A stretch of DNA of 64,000 nt, taken from an uncultured Oscillospiraceae bacterium. Its GTDB lineage: Bacteria; Bacillota; Clostridia; Oscillospirales; QAMX01. The notes below the pieces were generated by a model that searched no databases, was not told the DNA's origin, and saw nothing but the letters and a program-made list of their open reading frames with translations. This document shows positions 32,632 through 41,449 of the stretch, in pieces. Numbering within the stretch: the first letter of the stretch is position 1; the number at the start of each line of letters is the position of its first letter. The stretch covers positions 32,976-96,975 of the forward strand of contig CAYUXI010000003.1 in NCBI GenBank assembly GCA_964448855.1. The letters are read 5' to 3'. The position numbers and the translations under genes are program-made.

Positions 32632-34679
32632 ACGGAGAAATTCTGGCTCCCTGCGGCGATTTTTCCTGCATGGAAGCCGCGGTCCGCTGTGGCGCGGATG
32701 CGGTTTACTTTGGTGCCGGCAATTTCAACGCACGCCGCAATGCGGGCAACTTTGATGGAAAAGCCTTTGCCGACGCCATCGCATACTGCCGCATCCGCGG
32801 TGTCAAAACCCATATCACATTGAATACGCTGCTGCATGACGACGAACTGGATGAAGCACTCCGCGTGGCCTGCCAGGCGGCGGAGGCCGGTGCAGACGCC
32901 CTGATCGTACAGGATCTCGGCCTGGTGCGCCGCATCCACCGCATCCTCCCGACGCTTCAGCTACACGCATCCACTCAGCTCACAATTCACGATTGCAACG
33001 GCCTGTATGCGGCGAAATCGCTCGGCTTTTCGCGCGTGGTGCTGGCACGGGAGCTTTCACTGAACGAGATTCGCGCCATTTGCCGGGAAGCGGAAAGCAT
33101 CGACATGGAAACTGAGGTCTTCGTTCATGGTGCCCTCTGTATGTGCGTATCCGGTCAGTGCTACCTGTCCTCCATGATCGGCGGGCGCAGCGGGAATCGC
33201 GGCCTGTGCGCACAGCCGTGCCGCCTGCCGTTTACGTCACCGTCTGCTGACAATGCATATGCGCTCTCGCTGAAGGACATGAGCCATCTGGCCTACCTGC
33301 AAACGCTGCGGGAGGCGGGTGTGCATTCCTTCAAAATTGAAGGCCGGATGAAACCACCGGAATACGTCGCAGCTGCCGTGACAGCGGCCAGAGAAGCGCG
33401 TGACTTGGGTGCAGTCAGTGAGAAAACAGCACGTCGGCTCCACGCTGCATTTTCCCGCTCCGGGTTCACCGACGGCTACCTGACCGGAAAACGGCAGAAT
33501 ATGTCCGGTATCCGAACTGTGGCCGACAAAGCGCTGACCTCCACGGTTGCCAGCGCACTGCATACGCTGTACCGCACCGAACGGCCACGCATTGACCTGA
33601 CGGCCGTCCTGTCCTGCCAAATCGGTAAACGCGCTGCGCTGACTGTGTCGGACGGAACGTTCCACGTGACCGCAGAAGGTACCGAGGTTCACCCCGCTGA
33701 GGGCAGACCGCTGGAACAGGAGGCTGCCGAAGCGCAGCTCTTCCGGACAGGCGGCACGCCGTACCGGATGACCTCCCTCCAACTGGACGTGGAGGACGGC
33801 GCGTTCGTGTCCGTTTCCGAACTCAATCGGATGCGCCGAACCGCTCTGGATTTGTTGACGGCCAAACGCAGCCAGCCGCAAGCGATTCAGGCGCAGCCGG
33901 ATCCGGTCGTCCGCTCCAAACGCCCCCATCACCTGAACGGCCTCGCCGCCCGGTTTTATCAGACGCTGCCGGAATCCCTGACGGGGATTACCCGCGCATC
34001 ACTCGTCCATTCCGCATCGAATGAGCAGTTTCAGCGCCTCCTGCGCGAAATCGGGGATGTGTCGGTTGAACTCCCGCGAACCTTCTGGGGTGACGATACG
34101 GCGCTGCGTACCCGCCTGATGGAGCTGAAGGCACTTGGCGTCCGCCGGGCGCTGTGTGAACACCTTGCAGCTGTCCGGCTGGCAGAAGAACTCGGCTTCG
34201 AAATCCATGGCGGTGCATTCCTGCAAATCACCAACTCCGATGCACTGGCAGCAGTAGAGGCACTCGGCGTCTCGTCTGCCGTCGTTTCGTTTGAAAACAC
34301 AACGCAGCAGACCGCCCGCTTGCAGACGAGCCTGGATATCGGACTGGTGGGCTATGGCTTCCTGCCACTCATGATCACGCGCTGCTGTCCGCTGCGCACG
34401 GAACACGGCTGCAGAAAAGGCTGCCAGGGCGGCTATATCACAGACCGCAAGGGCAAACGCTTCTTCGTCCGCTGCCGGGACGGCGCTTCGGAAATCCTGA
34501 ACTGCGTCCCGTTGATGATGAGCGACCGAAAACAGGATTTGGCCGATGTGGACTTTGTCATGCTGTATTTTACCGTTGAAACGCCCAGCGAGATCGCATC
34601 CGTCCTGGATGCCTGGCAGAACGGCCGCGCACCAGAAGGCGAGTACACGCGTGGCCTCTATTATCGCGGCGTTCAGTAA
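32628..34679 (+). CDS. U32 family peptidase-like protein
   Basis: N-terminus ILAPCGDFSCMEAAVRCGADAVYFGAGNFNARR, the motif E..VHGALCMCVSGQCYLS, and 683 aa. Confidence 0.8.
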   Translation: MNGEILAPCGDFSCMEAAVRCGADAVYFGAGNFNARRNAGNFDGKAFADAIAYCRIRGVKTHITLNTLLHDDELDEALRVACQAAEAGADALIVQDLGLVRRIHRILPTLQLHASTQLTIHDCNGLYAAKSLGFSRVVLARELSLNEIRAICREAESIDMETEVFVHGALCMCVSGQCYLSSMIGGRSGNRGLCAQPCRLPFTSPSADNAYALSLKDMSHLAYLQTLREAGVHSFKIEGRMKPPEYVAAAVTAAREARDLGAVSEKTARRLHAAFSRSGFTDGYLTGKRQNMSGIRTVADKALTSTVASALHTLYRTERPRIDLTAVLSCQIGKRAALTVSDGTFHVTAEGTEVHPAEGRPLEQEAAEAQLFRTGGTPYRMTSLQLDVEDGAFVSVSELNRMRRTALDLLTAKRSQPQAIQAQPDPVVRSKRPHHLNGLAARFYQTLPESLTGITRASLVHSASNEQFQRLLREIGDVSVELPRTFWGDDTALRTRLMELKALGVRRALCEHLAAVRLAEELGFEIHGGAFLQITNSDALAAVEALGVSSAVVSFENTTQQTARLQTSLDIGLVGYGFLPLMITRCCPLRTEHGCRKGCQGGYITDRKGKRFFVRCRDGASEILNCVPLMMSDRKQDLADVDFVMLYFTVETPSEIASVLDAWQNGRAPEGEYTRGLYYRGVQ

Positions 34680-34720
34680 TCGCACGCTGATCGGCTTGAC
34701 CGATAGGCGACTTTCAAACA

Positions 34721-34756
34721 AAAAAACCTCTGTCTTTTGAAGACAGAGGTTTTTTC
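34721..34756. terminator. bidirectional rho-independent terminator
   Basis: AAAAAACCTCTGTCTT-TTGA-AGACAGAGGTTTTTT. Confidence 0.85.
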
Positions 34757-34769
34757 AGCAATTCCTTGC

Positions 34770-35948
34770 TTATTCCGTTGCAAAATTCGTAAAATAGCCC
34801 TTGATGTAGACAACGGGCGTACCGCGGTCGCCGCTGCCGCTGACCAGGTCGCAGAGGCTGCCGACCAGATCGGAAATGCGACGTGGCGTGGTGCCTTCGG
34901 AGCTCATGCGGCCGACGAGATCGGCGTCCTTTGCCCGGATTTTTTCACGCATGGCCTGCTCCAGCTCCGCGCCGGAAAGGTGACTGAATTCGCTGTCGGC
35001 AAAGTATTTCATCTTGATTTCGTTGGGCGTGCCGGAGAGACGTGGCGTATGGGCAGGGGAAACCACCGGGTCGGCAAATTCCCAAATGCCACCGACCGGA
35101 TCCTTGAAGCAGCCATCTCCGTAAATCATGACCTCGACATTCTTGCCGGTTGCGTCAAAGATGCGACGGTGCAGCTCGGCGACAAAGCTCTCCGTATCCC
35201 GCGGGAACAGCTTCACACGCGTGTCGCTGGCCTTGTTGGAACCGAGCAGACCATACTGCTCGTTGCAGCCGCTGCCGTCCACCGGTGCCGTCAGAATTTC
35301 GTCCAGCGAGAAGAGGCGCTCCGCACCGGCCGCGGCCAGACGGCGCTTTGTTCTGCGGCGCGAATGAATGTCGCAGCCGATGACGTTTTTTGTGTAATTC
35401 AAAATATAGGTCGGATCGTTGGAGAGAATGATCTCCACGTTGCTGCCGAGGCTCTTATAATATTCGATGTAGTCGACGCCGGTGAAACGGTGGACAGTCG
35501 ACCCAAACATGGCACGGAATTCGGCTTCCGTAAAGCTGTCCTTGTAGGGATCCACACCCTTTTCATCCAGCAAATCCGGGTCGATCAGCAGATTGCCCAC
35601 TTCGTCAGACGGGTAGGAGAGCTGAACTACCAGCTTTTTGCAGCTCATTGCAAACGCAGAGAGCAGAACAGCAAAACGGTTCCGGCTCATAATCGGAAAC
35701 ACCAGACCAATGGTGTCATCGCCCAATTTTGCCTGGACATCCGCCGAAATCTGCGCGGTTGTCGCATAGTTTCCCTGTGCGCGGGCAACAACGGCCTCGG
35801 TTACGCCGACAATATCGCCATCTTCAATTGGAAAATTTTCTGCAGCAGAAGCTGCCAGGAGATTTTGACAAACCATCTCCGCCAGCGGGTCGCCTTCCCG
35901 GAAAACGGGCATAATGACGCCACGAGCGGTAACGCCGGTCATACGCAT
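34770..35948 (-). CDS. CofE-like (F420-0:gamma-glutamyl ligase family) protein
   Basis: 392 aa. GDIVGVTEAVVARAQG and GLLGSNKASD...LFP resemble CofE-fold proteins. It is the real gene under the 5' part of the 840-aa plus-strand ORF. Confidence 0.6.
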   Translation of the reverse strand: MRMTGVTARGVIMPVFREGDPLAEMVCQNLLAASAAENFPIEDGDIVGVTEAVVARAQGNYATTAQISADVQAKLGDDTIGLVFPIMSRNRFAVLLSAFAMSCKKLVVQLSYPSDEVGNLLIDPDLLDEKGVDPYKDSFTEAEFRAMFGSTVHRFTGVDYIEYYKSLGSNVEIILSNDPTYILNYTKNVIGCDIHSRRRTKRRLAAAGAERLFSLDEILTAPVDGSGCNEQYGLLGSNKASDTRVKLFPRDTESFVAELHRRIFDATGKNVEVMIYGDGCFKDPVGGIWEFADPVVSPAHTPRLSGTPNEIKMKYFADSEFSHLSGAELEQAMREKIRAKDADLVGRMSSEGTTPRRISDLVGSLCDLVSGSGDRGTPVVYIKGYFTNFATE

Positions 35949-36140
35949 CGTACTTCAAATCCTTTCATGATGGTTGATTTCCTTGAACACACTTTATTAT
36001 ACCGCAACTGCGTCCGCTTGTCAAATCACAGAACCCCCATCTGCCAAAATACGCCGAAAAAAATGCTTGCTTTTCAATGGGACATATGGTATACTGAACG
36101 TACCTTTCAGCGTATTCAACCGATCAAGGAGGAATTTTGC

Positions 36141-37259
36141 GTGAATCAACCCATTGAAACCATGTTTAATATTATGACGTTTGGCGCGGTCAATGACGGC
36201 GAAACCGACAGCACCGCAGCCATTCAGGCCGCTCTTGATGCGGCGGCTCCGGTGAAGGGCGTTGTCATCGTTCCGCCGGGCAATTATCTCTGTGGCTGTG
36301 TTCGCGTGCCGCGCGGCGTCATGCTGACCGGGTATCATGCGTGGTCGTACCGCTATAACGGTGCCAGCACGCTGATTTTGCGCAGCGCGGAGGAACCGTG
36401 CCTGCTTGATTTGTCCGGCGGCATCGGCTGTACGATCAAAGGCATCTGCCTCGATGGCCGCCGACTGGGCAGCGGGATTCATGGCATCTGCGTCACCCAT
36501 AAGGAATACAACGGCGCGGGCGAAGAGGATACCCCCACCATTGAAGACTGCCGCGTCAGCCATTTCAGCGGCGACGGCATCCACCTGAAGTATATCTGGT
36601 GCTTTTCCATCCGCCACACCCAGTGCATTTCCAATGTCGGCCACGGCATTTATATGGACGGCTGGGACGGCTTCATTCTGGACAACTGGATGTCCGGCAA
36701 TGGCGGTGCCGGCCTGTACACAGACGGTGTCGCCGCCTCTGTTACGGCGACCGGCAACCGCGTTGAGTGGAACCAGATGGGCGGCTTCTGGCTGACCTAC
36801 GCCAACACGTTCAACATCACCGGCAACTATTTTGACCGCAGCGGCGGCCCGGCTATTACCATTCTGGCTCAGAACCGTCCGGGCGAACCGGCATCACCCA
36901 ATAATAAAGCCAGCGATACCATTACGATCACTGGAAACGTCATGTACCGCAGCGGTGCGCACAGCGAGCAGGAGCCACTGAACAACGCACATCTGCGCCT
37001 GGAACGCTGCGTGAACGTGGTTGCAACCGGCAACACCTTCCGCGCCGGTGAAAATGACGGCGGCGGCGGTCTGCGCAGCCCGGATTATGGCATCGTGGTT
37101 CGCCACCTGAAAGCCTGCATCATCAAGGACAACGTCATGCAGTGCGGTATGCTGAAGCAGGGCGTTCTGGATCTTGGCGAGCACGAGGGCGATGTGGAGC
37201 TCTCCGGCAACATCGGCGCACCGTCCAAGGGTTATCCGTCTCTGGAACATGATGAATAA
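36141..37259 (+). CDS. right-handed parallel beta-helix (pectate-lyase-superfamily) protein, paralog 1
   Basis: AGGAGG ribosome-binding site 8 nt before GTG 36141. TFGAVNDGETDSTAAIQAALDAA is a Pectate_lyase_3-type start, and repeated GN/NxxG beta-helix rungs follow. No signal peptide. Confidence 0.75.
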   Translation: MNQPIETMFNIMTFGAVNDGETDSTAAIQAALDAAAPVKGVVIVPPGNYLCGCVRVPRGVMLTGYHAWSYRYNGASTLILRSAEEPCLLDLSGGIGCTIKGICLDGRRLGSGIHGICVTHKEYNGAGEEDTPTIEDCRVSHFSGDGIHLKYIWCFSIRHTQCISNVGHGIYMDGWDGFILDNWMSGNGGAGLYTDGVAASVTATGNRVEWNQMGGFWLTYANTFNITGNYFDRSGGPAITILAQNRPGEPASPNNKASDTITITGNVMYRSGAHSEQEPLNNAHLRLERCVNVVATGNTFRAGENDGGGGLRSPDYGIVVRHLKACIIKDNVMQCGMLKQGVLDLGEHEGDVELSGNIGAPSKGYPSLEHDE

Positions 37260-37301
37260 GGATTTCACCCCCATTTCAATCTGGAAAGCAGGTGTCAGAT
37301 C

Positions 37302-38396
37302 ATGAAAAACGTATTTGAAATTACCGCGTTCGGCGCGGTCGATGACGGCATCACCGATAACACCGCTGCCATTCAGGCGGCGCTGGACGCCGCAGCGCCC
37401 GTCAAAGGCTGCGTGGTTGTGCCGCCGGGCGACTATGTCTGCGGCTGTGTCCACGTGCCGCGGGGCGTCACACTGGCTGGGTATCACGCCTGGTCGTATC
37501 GTTACAACGGCGGGAGCACGCTGATCCTGCGCAGTGCGGAGGAGCCTTGCCTGCTCGATCTGTCCGGTGCAGTCGGCTGCACGATTCGCGGCATCTGCCT
37601 CGACGGACGCCGTCTGGGAACGGGGATTCACGGAATCTCCGTCTCCTATCCTTCCTATAACGGTGCCGGGGAAGAGGATACCCCAACGATTGAGGACTGC
37701 CGCATCAGCAATTTCACCGGCGACGGCATTCATCTGAAGCACATCTGGTGCTTCTCCATCCGTCACTCCCAATGTGTCTCCAATCTTGGAAACGGCATCT
37801 ACATTGACGGCTGGGACGGCTTCATTCTGGACAACTGGATGTCCGGCAATGGCGGTGCCGGACTCTATGTCGATGTCGTTGCCGCCGCCATCACGGCGAC
37901 CGGAAACCGCGTTGAATGGAACAGAAGGGGCGGCTTTATCTGCGCATCCATGAAGAATTCCAACATCACCGGCAACTATTTCGACCGCAGCGGTGGCCCG
38001 GCCCTGTCCATCCAGACACCGCCCAATGCAGACAGCAATACGTTGACCATCACCGGCAATGTCTTCAACCGCAGCGGTGCAGGGGATTTCGGAGACCACC
38101 TCCCGGAGGATCCACTGAACCGCACCCACATCCGCCTGGAACGCTGCGTCAATACCGTGGTTGTCGGCAACACGTTCTGCAACGGCAAAAATGACGATGC
38201 CTCCGGCCAGCGCTCACCGGATTACGGCATGGTGGTCGGACATCTTCGCGCCTGCATCATCAAGGATAATGTCATGCAGTGCGGCATGGTCAAGCAGGGC
38301 ATTCTCGATCTGGGTGACCACGAAGGCGATGTTGAAATCTCTGGCAACATCGGTGCTGCCATGGATGACTGGCCCGGCCTGGAACGAAAAATCTGA
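37302..38396 (+). CDS. right-handed parallel beta-helix protein, paralog 2
   Basis: Colinear with and highly similar to 36141-37259 (AFGAVDDGITDNTAAIQAALDAAAPVKG, WDGFILDNWMSGNGGAGLY identical). Confidence 0.75.
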   Translation: MKNVFEITAFGAVDDGITDNTAAIQAALDAAAPVKGCVVVPPGDYVCGCVHVPRGVTLAGYHAWSYRYNGGSTLILRSAEEPCLLDLSGAVGCTIRGICLDGRRLGTGIHGISVSYPSYNGAGEEDTPTIEDCRISNFTGDGIHLKHIWCFSIRHSQCVSNLGNGIYIDGWDGFILDNWMSGNGGAGLYVDVVAAAITATGNRVEWNRRGGFICASMKNSNITGNYFDRSGGPALSIQTPPNADSNTLTITGNVFNRSGAGDFGDHLPEDPLNRTHIRLERCVNTVVVGNTFCNGKNDDASGQRSPDYGMVVGHLRACIIKDNVMQCGMVKQGILDLGDHEGDVEISGNIGAAMDDWPGLERKI

Positions 38397-38410
38397 ATCC
38401 AAACACAAAC

Positions 38411-38450
38411 AGAACCCGTATGAGGAGACTTTCCTCATACGGGTTCTTGC
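38411..38450. terminator. bidirectional stem-loop terminator
   Basis: AGAACCCGTATGAGGA/TCCTCATACGGGTTCT: a 16-bp stem between convergent genes. Confidence 0.75.
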
Positions 38451-38478
38451 TTGAATCAACGGGTCCTCGCCGGAACGC

Positions 38479-38856
38479 CTATGCCTGCAGATTCGGCAGC
38501 TTCTTGCCGCAATGCGGGCAAAATGCGAAGTCACCGACAACCGGCGAACCGCAATACGGACAAAAACGGTCGGCTGTCTTCACCTTTTGCTGAACGCCGA
38601 AGCGCTGATTCAGCGGATCCGGCTCCTCTGTGCTGTCGACAATGTCATAGGCAGAATACCGCTCCTGACGCGTTGCGTTCGAAAAGTTGTAGATCGTTAT
38701 CGCAATGGCGATGCAGGTCCAGAAGATGCCAAAGATGGCAAACAGAGGGCTGAACTGCGCCGCAATCACCGTCCAGACAACGCCAATCAGAATCATGAAG
38801 ATGCCCGCGATCCCACTCAGCATGGAAGGGCCGCGACCGGGCTTAATGTGTTTCAT
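38479..38856 (-). CDS. membrane protein with C-terminal zinc-ribbon
   Basis: Two TM helices, then CPYCGSPVVGDFAFCPHCG (CxxC...CxxC). Confidence 0.65.
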   Translation of the reverse strand: MKHIKPGRGPSMLSGIAGIFMILIGVVWTVIAAQFSPLFAIFGIFWTCIAIAITIYNFSNATRQERYSAYDIVDSTEEPDPLNQRFGVQQKVKTADRFCPYCGSPVVGDFAFCPHCGKKLPNLQA

Positions 38857-38926
38857 GGAATAACCTCTTTTCTCTCCGGGATTGGATCCGGCCGGTACAG
38901 CACGGAATCAGATGAAAGGGGAGAAC

Positions 38927-41305
38927 TTATTCGGCGAGCTTCCGTGACAGCTCCAGAATCCGCTTGACGCAGGCCTCCAGATCGGCACGGGTCAGCTTTC
39001 CGGCCTCAAAGGCGGCCTTGAGCTCTTTGGGATCGCCGGAACCCATTTTCACGTCACTCCCGGCCTTGACCTCATCCGAATGTGCGCTGTGGACGCCCCA
39101 GTCGGTCGTGACGGCGCCGTTGAAGCCCCACTCGCCGCGCAGCAGCTCCGTGATCAGCTCATAGCTCATCGAGGTGTGCTGACCGTTCAGCAGGTTATAG
39201 GAGGTCATGATGCACCACGGGTCAGCCTCCCGCACGCAGATCTCAAAGCCGCGGAGATAAATTTCACGCAGTGCGCGCTCCGACACGCGGGAATCCGTTT
39301 CGAAGCGGTTGGACTCCCGGTTGTTGCAGGCAAAATGCTTGACCGCAGCACTGACCTTGTAGGACTGAATGCCGCGAACGGCGGCGGCACAGCTCTTGCC
39401 CGCGACCAGCGGATCCTCCGAATAGTACTCAAAGTTCCGGCCGCAGAGCGGGTTGCGATGAATGTTCATAGCCGGAGCCAGCCAGACGCCGAGATTGTTT
39501 TCGCGCAGCTCCGCACCGCCACCTGCGCCGACAGCCTCAATCAGGTCGGTGTTCCAGGTGCAGGCCAGCAATGTTGCACAGGGCCAGGCGGTTGTCGCAA
39601 CGCCGGTTTCCGCGTTCAGACGCACACCGGCAGGGCCGTCTGCCGTGGGCAGCGGCGGGATGCCCAAACGCTTCAGCCCGCCGAATACACCGGTATTGCA
39701 GACGCCAGCACCGGGATGACCGCCCAGAAAATCGACCAGCTCATCGACCGTCATCTGACGGATGAACGCATCCAGAGAGACAGACTCACCGACTTCATCA
39801 AACGAAACCAGCTGCTCCGGCGCAACCGCACCGGAATCGACTGCAGAGCCGGAATGGTAGGTCGGCTCACCCTGCGGCAGCAGTTCATAGGTTCCGTCCG
39901 CCAGCAGACGCTTTTCCAGCTGGAAGGGTCTCAACAGCGACTGCGACTGCAAAACCACGGTATCCGCGCCGACCGAGTATTCGAACGCCAGCTTCTGCGT
40001 ATTCCGAACCGAATTGCCCAGATGGAAGGTGTACTGCCCGGCCTCCAGCACAAATGCCGATTTCTGAATTTTGCCGAGGTCATCAAAGCTGGCCATATCG
40101 TTCACAGCGAAGGAGAGCGTGACAAGCTGCGCCTCGCCCGGCGCAAGCAGCTTGGTCTTCTGATAGGCAGCCAGCTCCCGTGCAGGCTTGCCGAGCTTGC
40201 CCTGCGGGGCGCTGTAATACAGCTGGACAACCTCCTTGCCGGGACGGCTGCCGGTGTTGCGGACGGTCACCGCCGCGACGATCTGTCCGTCGCTTTCGCC
40301 GCAAATTGCACCGCTCATTTCAAACGTGGTATAGGAGAGGCCAAAGCCGAACGGATACCGGACGCGCTCTGCGGCACCGGGGATGGTTTCAAAATAACGA
40401 TAGCCGACATAAATGTCGTCAAAATAATCCAGATGCTCAAAGCCGGTCAGGAAAACCTGCCCATTCTGGTAATCCTGATACGATTTCGGAATGGTATCCA
40501 CCAGCTTGCCGGAGGGGTTGACATCACCGGTCAGCAGATCGGCAATGGCCAGTCCGCCTTCCATACCGCCCTGCCAGCCGAACAGGATGCCGGAAACGCG
40601 GTCATTTTCGGCAAAATCATCCAGATTCAGAACGGCACCGGAATTCAAAACGATCACCGTCTTCGCAAAGGCGGAGGAGACGCGGTCAATCAGACTCTTT
40701 TCGATGTCGGTCAGCTCGTAGTCATTCTCAATCGGCTTGCGATCGACACCCTCGGCGGAAAACCGGCTCAGCGTGATAATCGCAGTGTCCGCGTGCTCGG
40801 CAGCGTCCGCAATCACAGCATCCGGCACAGCCGGTTCACGCACGTGCATTCTGGCGAAGGTGTCGTAAATGATGTCGTCCTTTTCCTGGCAGAAGGACAT
40901 GGCGTTGACTTTGTCCCAGATTTTGTTGATCTGCGCCTCTGTCAGCACCTGATCGGCAGATTCCTTGATGTAGTTCTGGTAAAAAGCAGAGGTCGGCATA
41001 TGGACGGAAACCTTGCCTTCCTGCTCCTTCTGCAAAAAGCCGTCGAGAATGTTGTGCGTATAGGCGCAGTAGACATCGCCGCTGCCGCCACCGCCTTTGA
41101 TGTATTCAATGGAGGCCTTTCCGAACAGCGCAACACGTTCCCCACGGGCGAGCGGAAGCGCCGCGTTGCTGTTTTTCAAAAGTACCATCCCTTCGCCTGC
41201 GGCCTGCCTGGTCAGGGCGATATGCTCCGGGGAAGCGGTTAAACGACGGCCGTCTGCTCCGAGCGGGAGACACGGCTGATATTTGAATCGCGCAAATTGA
41301 TCCAT
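38927..41305 (-). CDS. glycoside hydrolase family 3 (beta-glucosidase-type)
   Basis: KHFACNNRESNRFETDSRVSERALREIYLRGFE and GAVTTDWG (GH3 N-terminal domain motifs), with the other GH3 domain and an FnIII-like module. 792 aa. Confidence 0.85.
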   Translation of the reverse strand: MDQFARFKYQPCLPLGADGRRLTASPEHIALTRQAAGEGMVLLKNSNAALPLARGERVALFGKASIEYIKGGGGSGDVYCAYTHNILDGFLQKEQEGKVSVHMPTSAFYQNYIKESADQVLTEAQINKIWDKVNAMSFCQEKDDIIYDTFARMHVREPAVPDAVIADAAEHADTAIITLSRFSAEGVDRKPIENDYELTDIEKSLIDRVSSAFAKTVIVLNSGAVLNLDDFAENDRVSGILFGWQGGMEGGLAIADLLTGDVNPSGKLVDTIPKSYQDYQNGQVFLTGFEHLDYFDDIYVGYRYFETIPGAAERVRYPFGFGLSYTTFEMSGAICGESDGQIVAAVTVRNTGSRPGKEVVQLYYSAPQGKLGKPARELAAYQKTKLLAPGEAQLVTLSFAVNDMASFDDLGKIQKSAFVLEAGQYTFHLGNSVRNTQKLAFEYSVGADTVVLQSQSLLRPFQLEKRLLADGTYELLPQGEPTYHSGSAVDSGAVAPEQLVSFDEVGESVSLDAFIRQMTVDELVDFLGGHPGAGVCNTGVFGGLKRLGIPPLPTADGPAGVRLNAETGVATTAWPCATLLACTWNTDLIEAVGAGGGAELRENNLGVWLAPAMNIHRNPLCGRNFEYYSEDPLVAGKSCAAAVRGIQSYKVSAAVKHFACNNRESNRFETDSRVSERALREIYLRGFEICVREADPWCIMTSYNLLNGQHTSMSYELITELLRGEWGFNGAVTTDWGVHSAHSDEVKAGSDVKMGSGDPKELKAAFEAGKLTRADLEACVKRILELSRKLAE

Positions 41306-41449
41306 AAATGGTTTGACTCCTTTTCAATGTGATGCGAGAACCGCACGCAGAATCCATCTGCATTATAACATAATCCCCACCTGATTGCAAGCCTCAACAG
41401 CAGGTGAGATAAACAGGAGATCTGCCGCCTGGGCAGACCTCCTGCATTT

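Noticed and set aside
34737-36140. The 5' two-thirds of the 840-aa plus-strand ORF (34737-37259).
   Set aside because: It runs antisense to the well-formed CofE-like gene (34770-35948) and has low-complexity Arg/Gly/Ala-rich content typical of shadow frames in GC-rich DNA. The real gene starts at GTG 36141, behind an AGGAGG ribosome-binding site.
39080-41242. The 720-aa plus-strand ORF, and similar long antisense ORFs: 16646-18160, 19869-21050, 21011-22264, 30526-31767, 36894-38129, 43448-44683, 45625-46710, 48400-49503, 51001-52266, 53065-54039, 54881-55990, 57316-59343 and 12600-13688.
   Set aside because: Each lies opposite a gene with clear family motifs, lacks a ribosome-binding site, and has Arg/Gly/His-rich composition. 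These are shadow ORFs of high-GC coding sequence.
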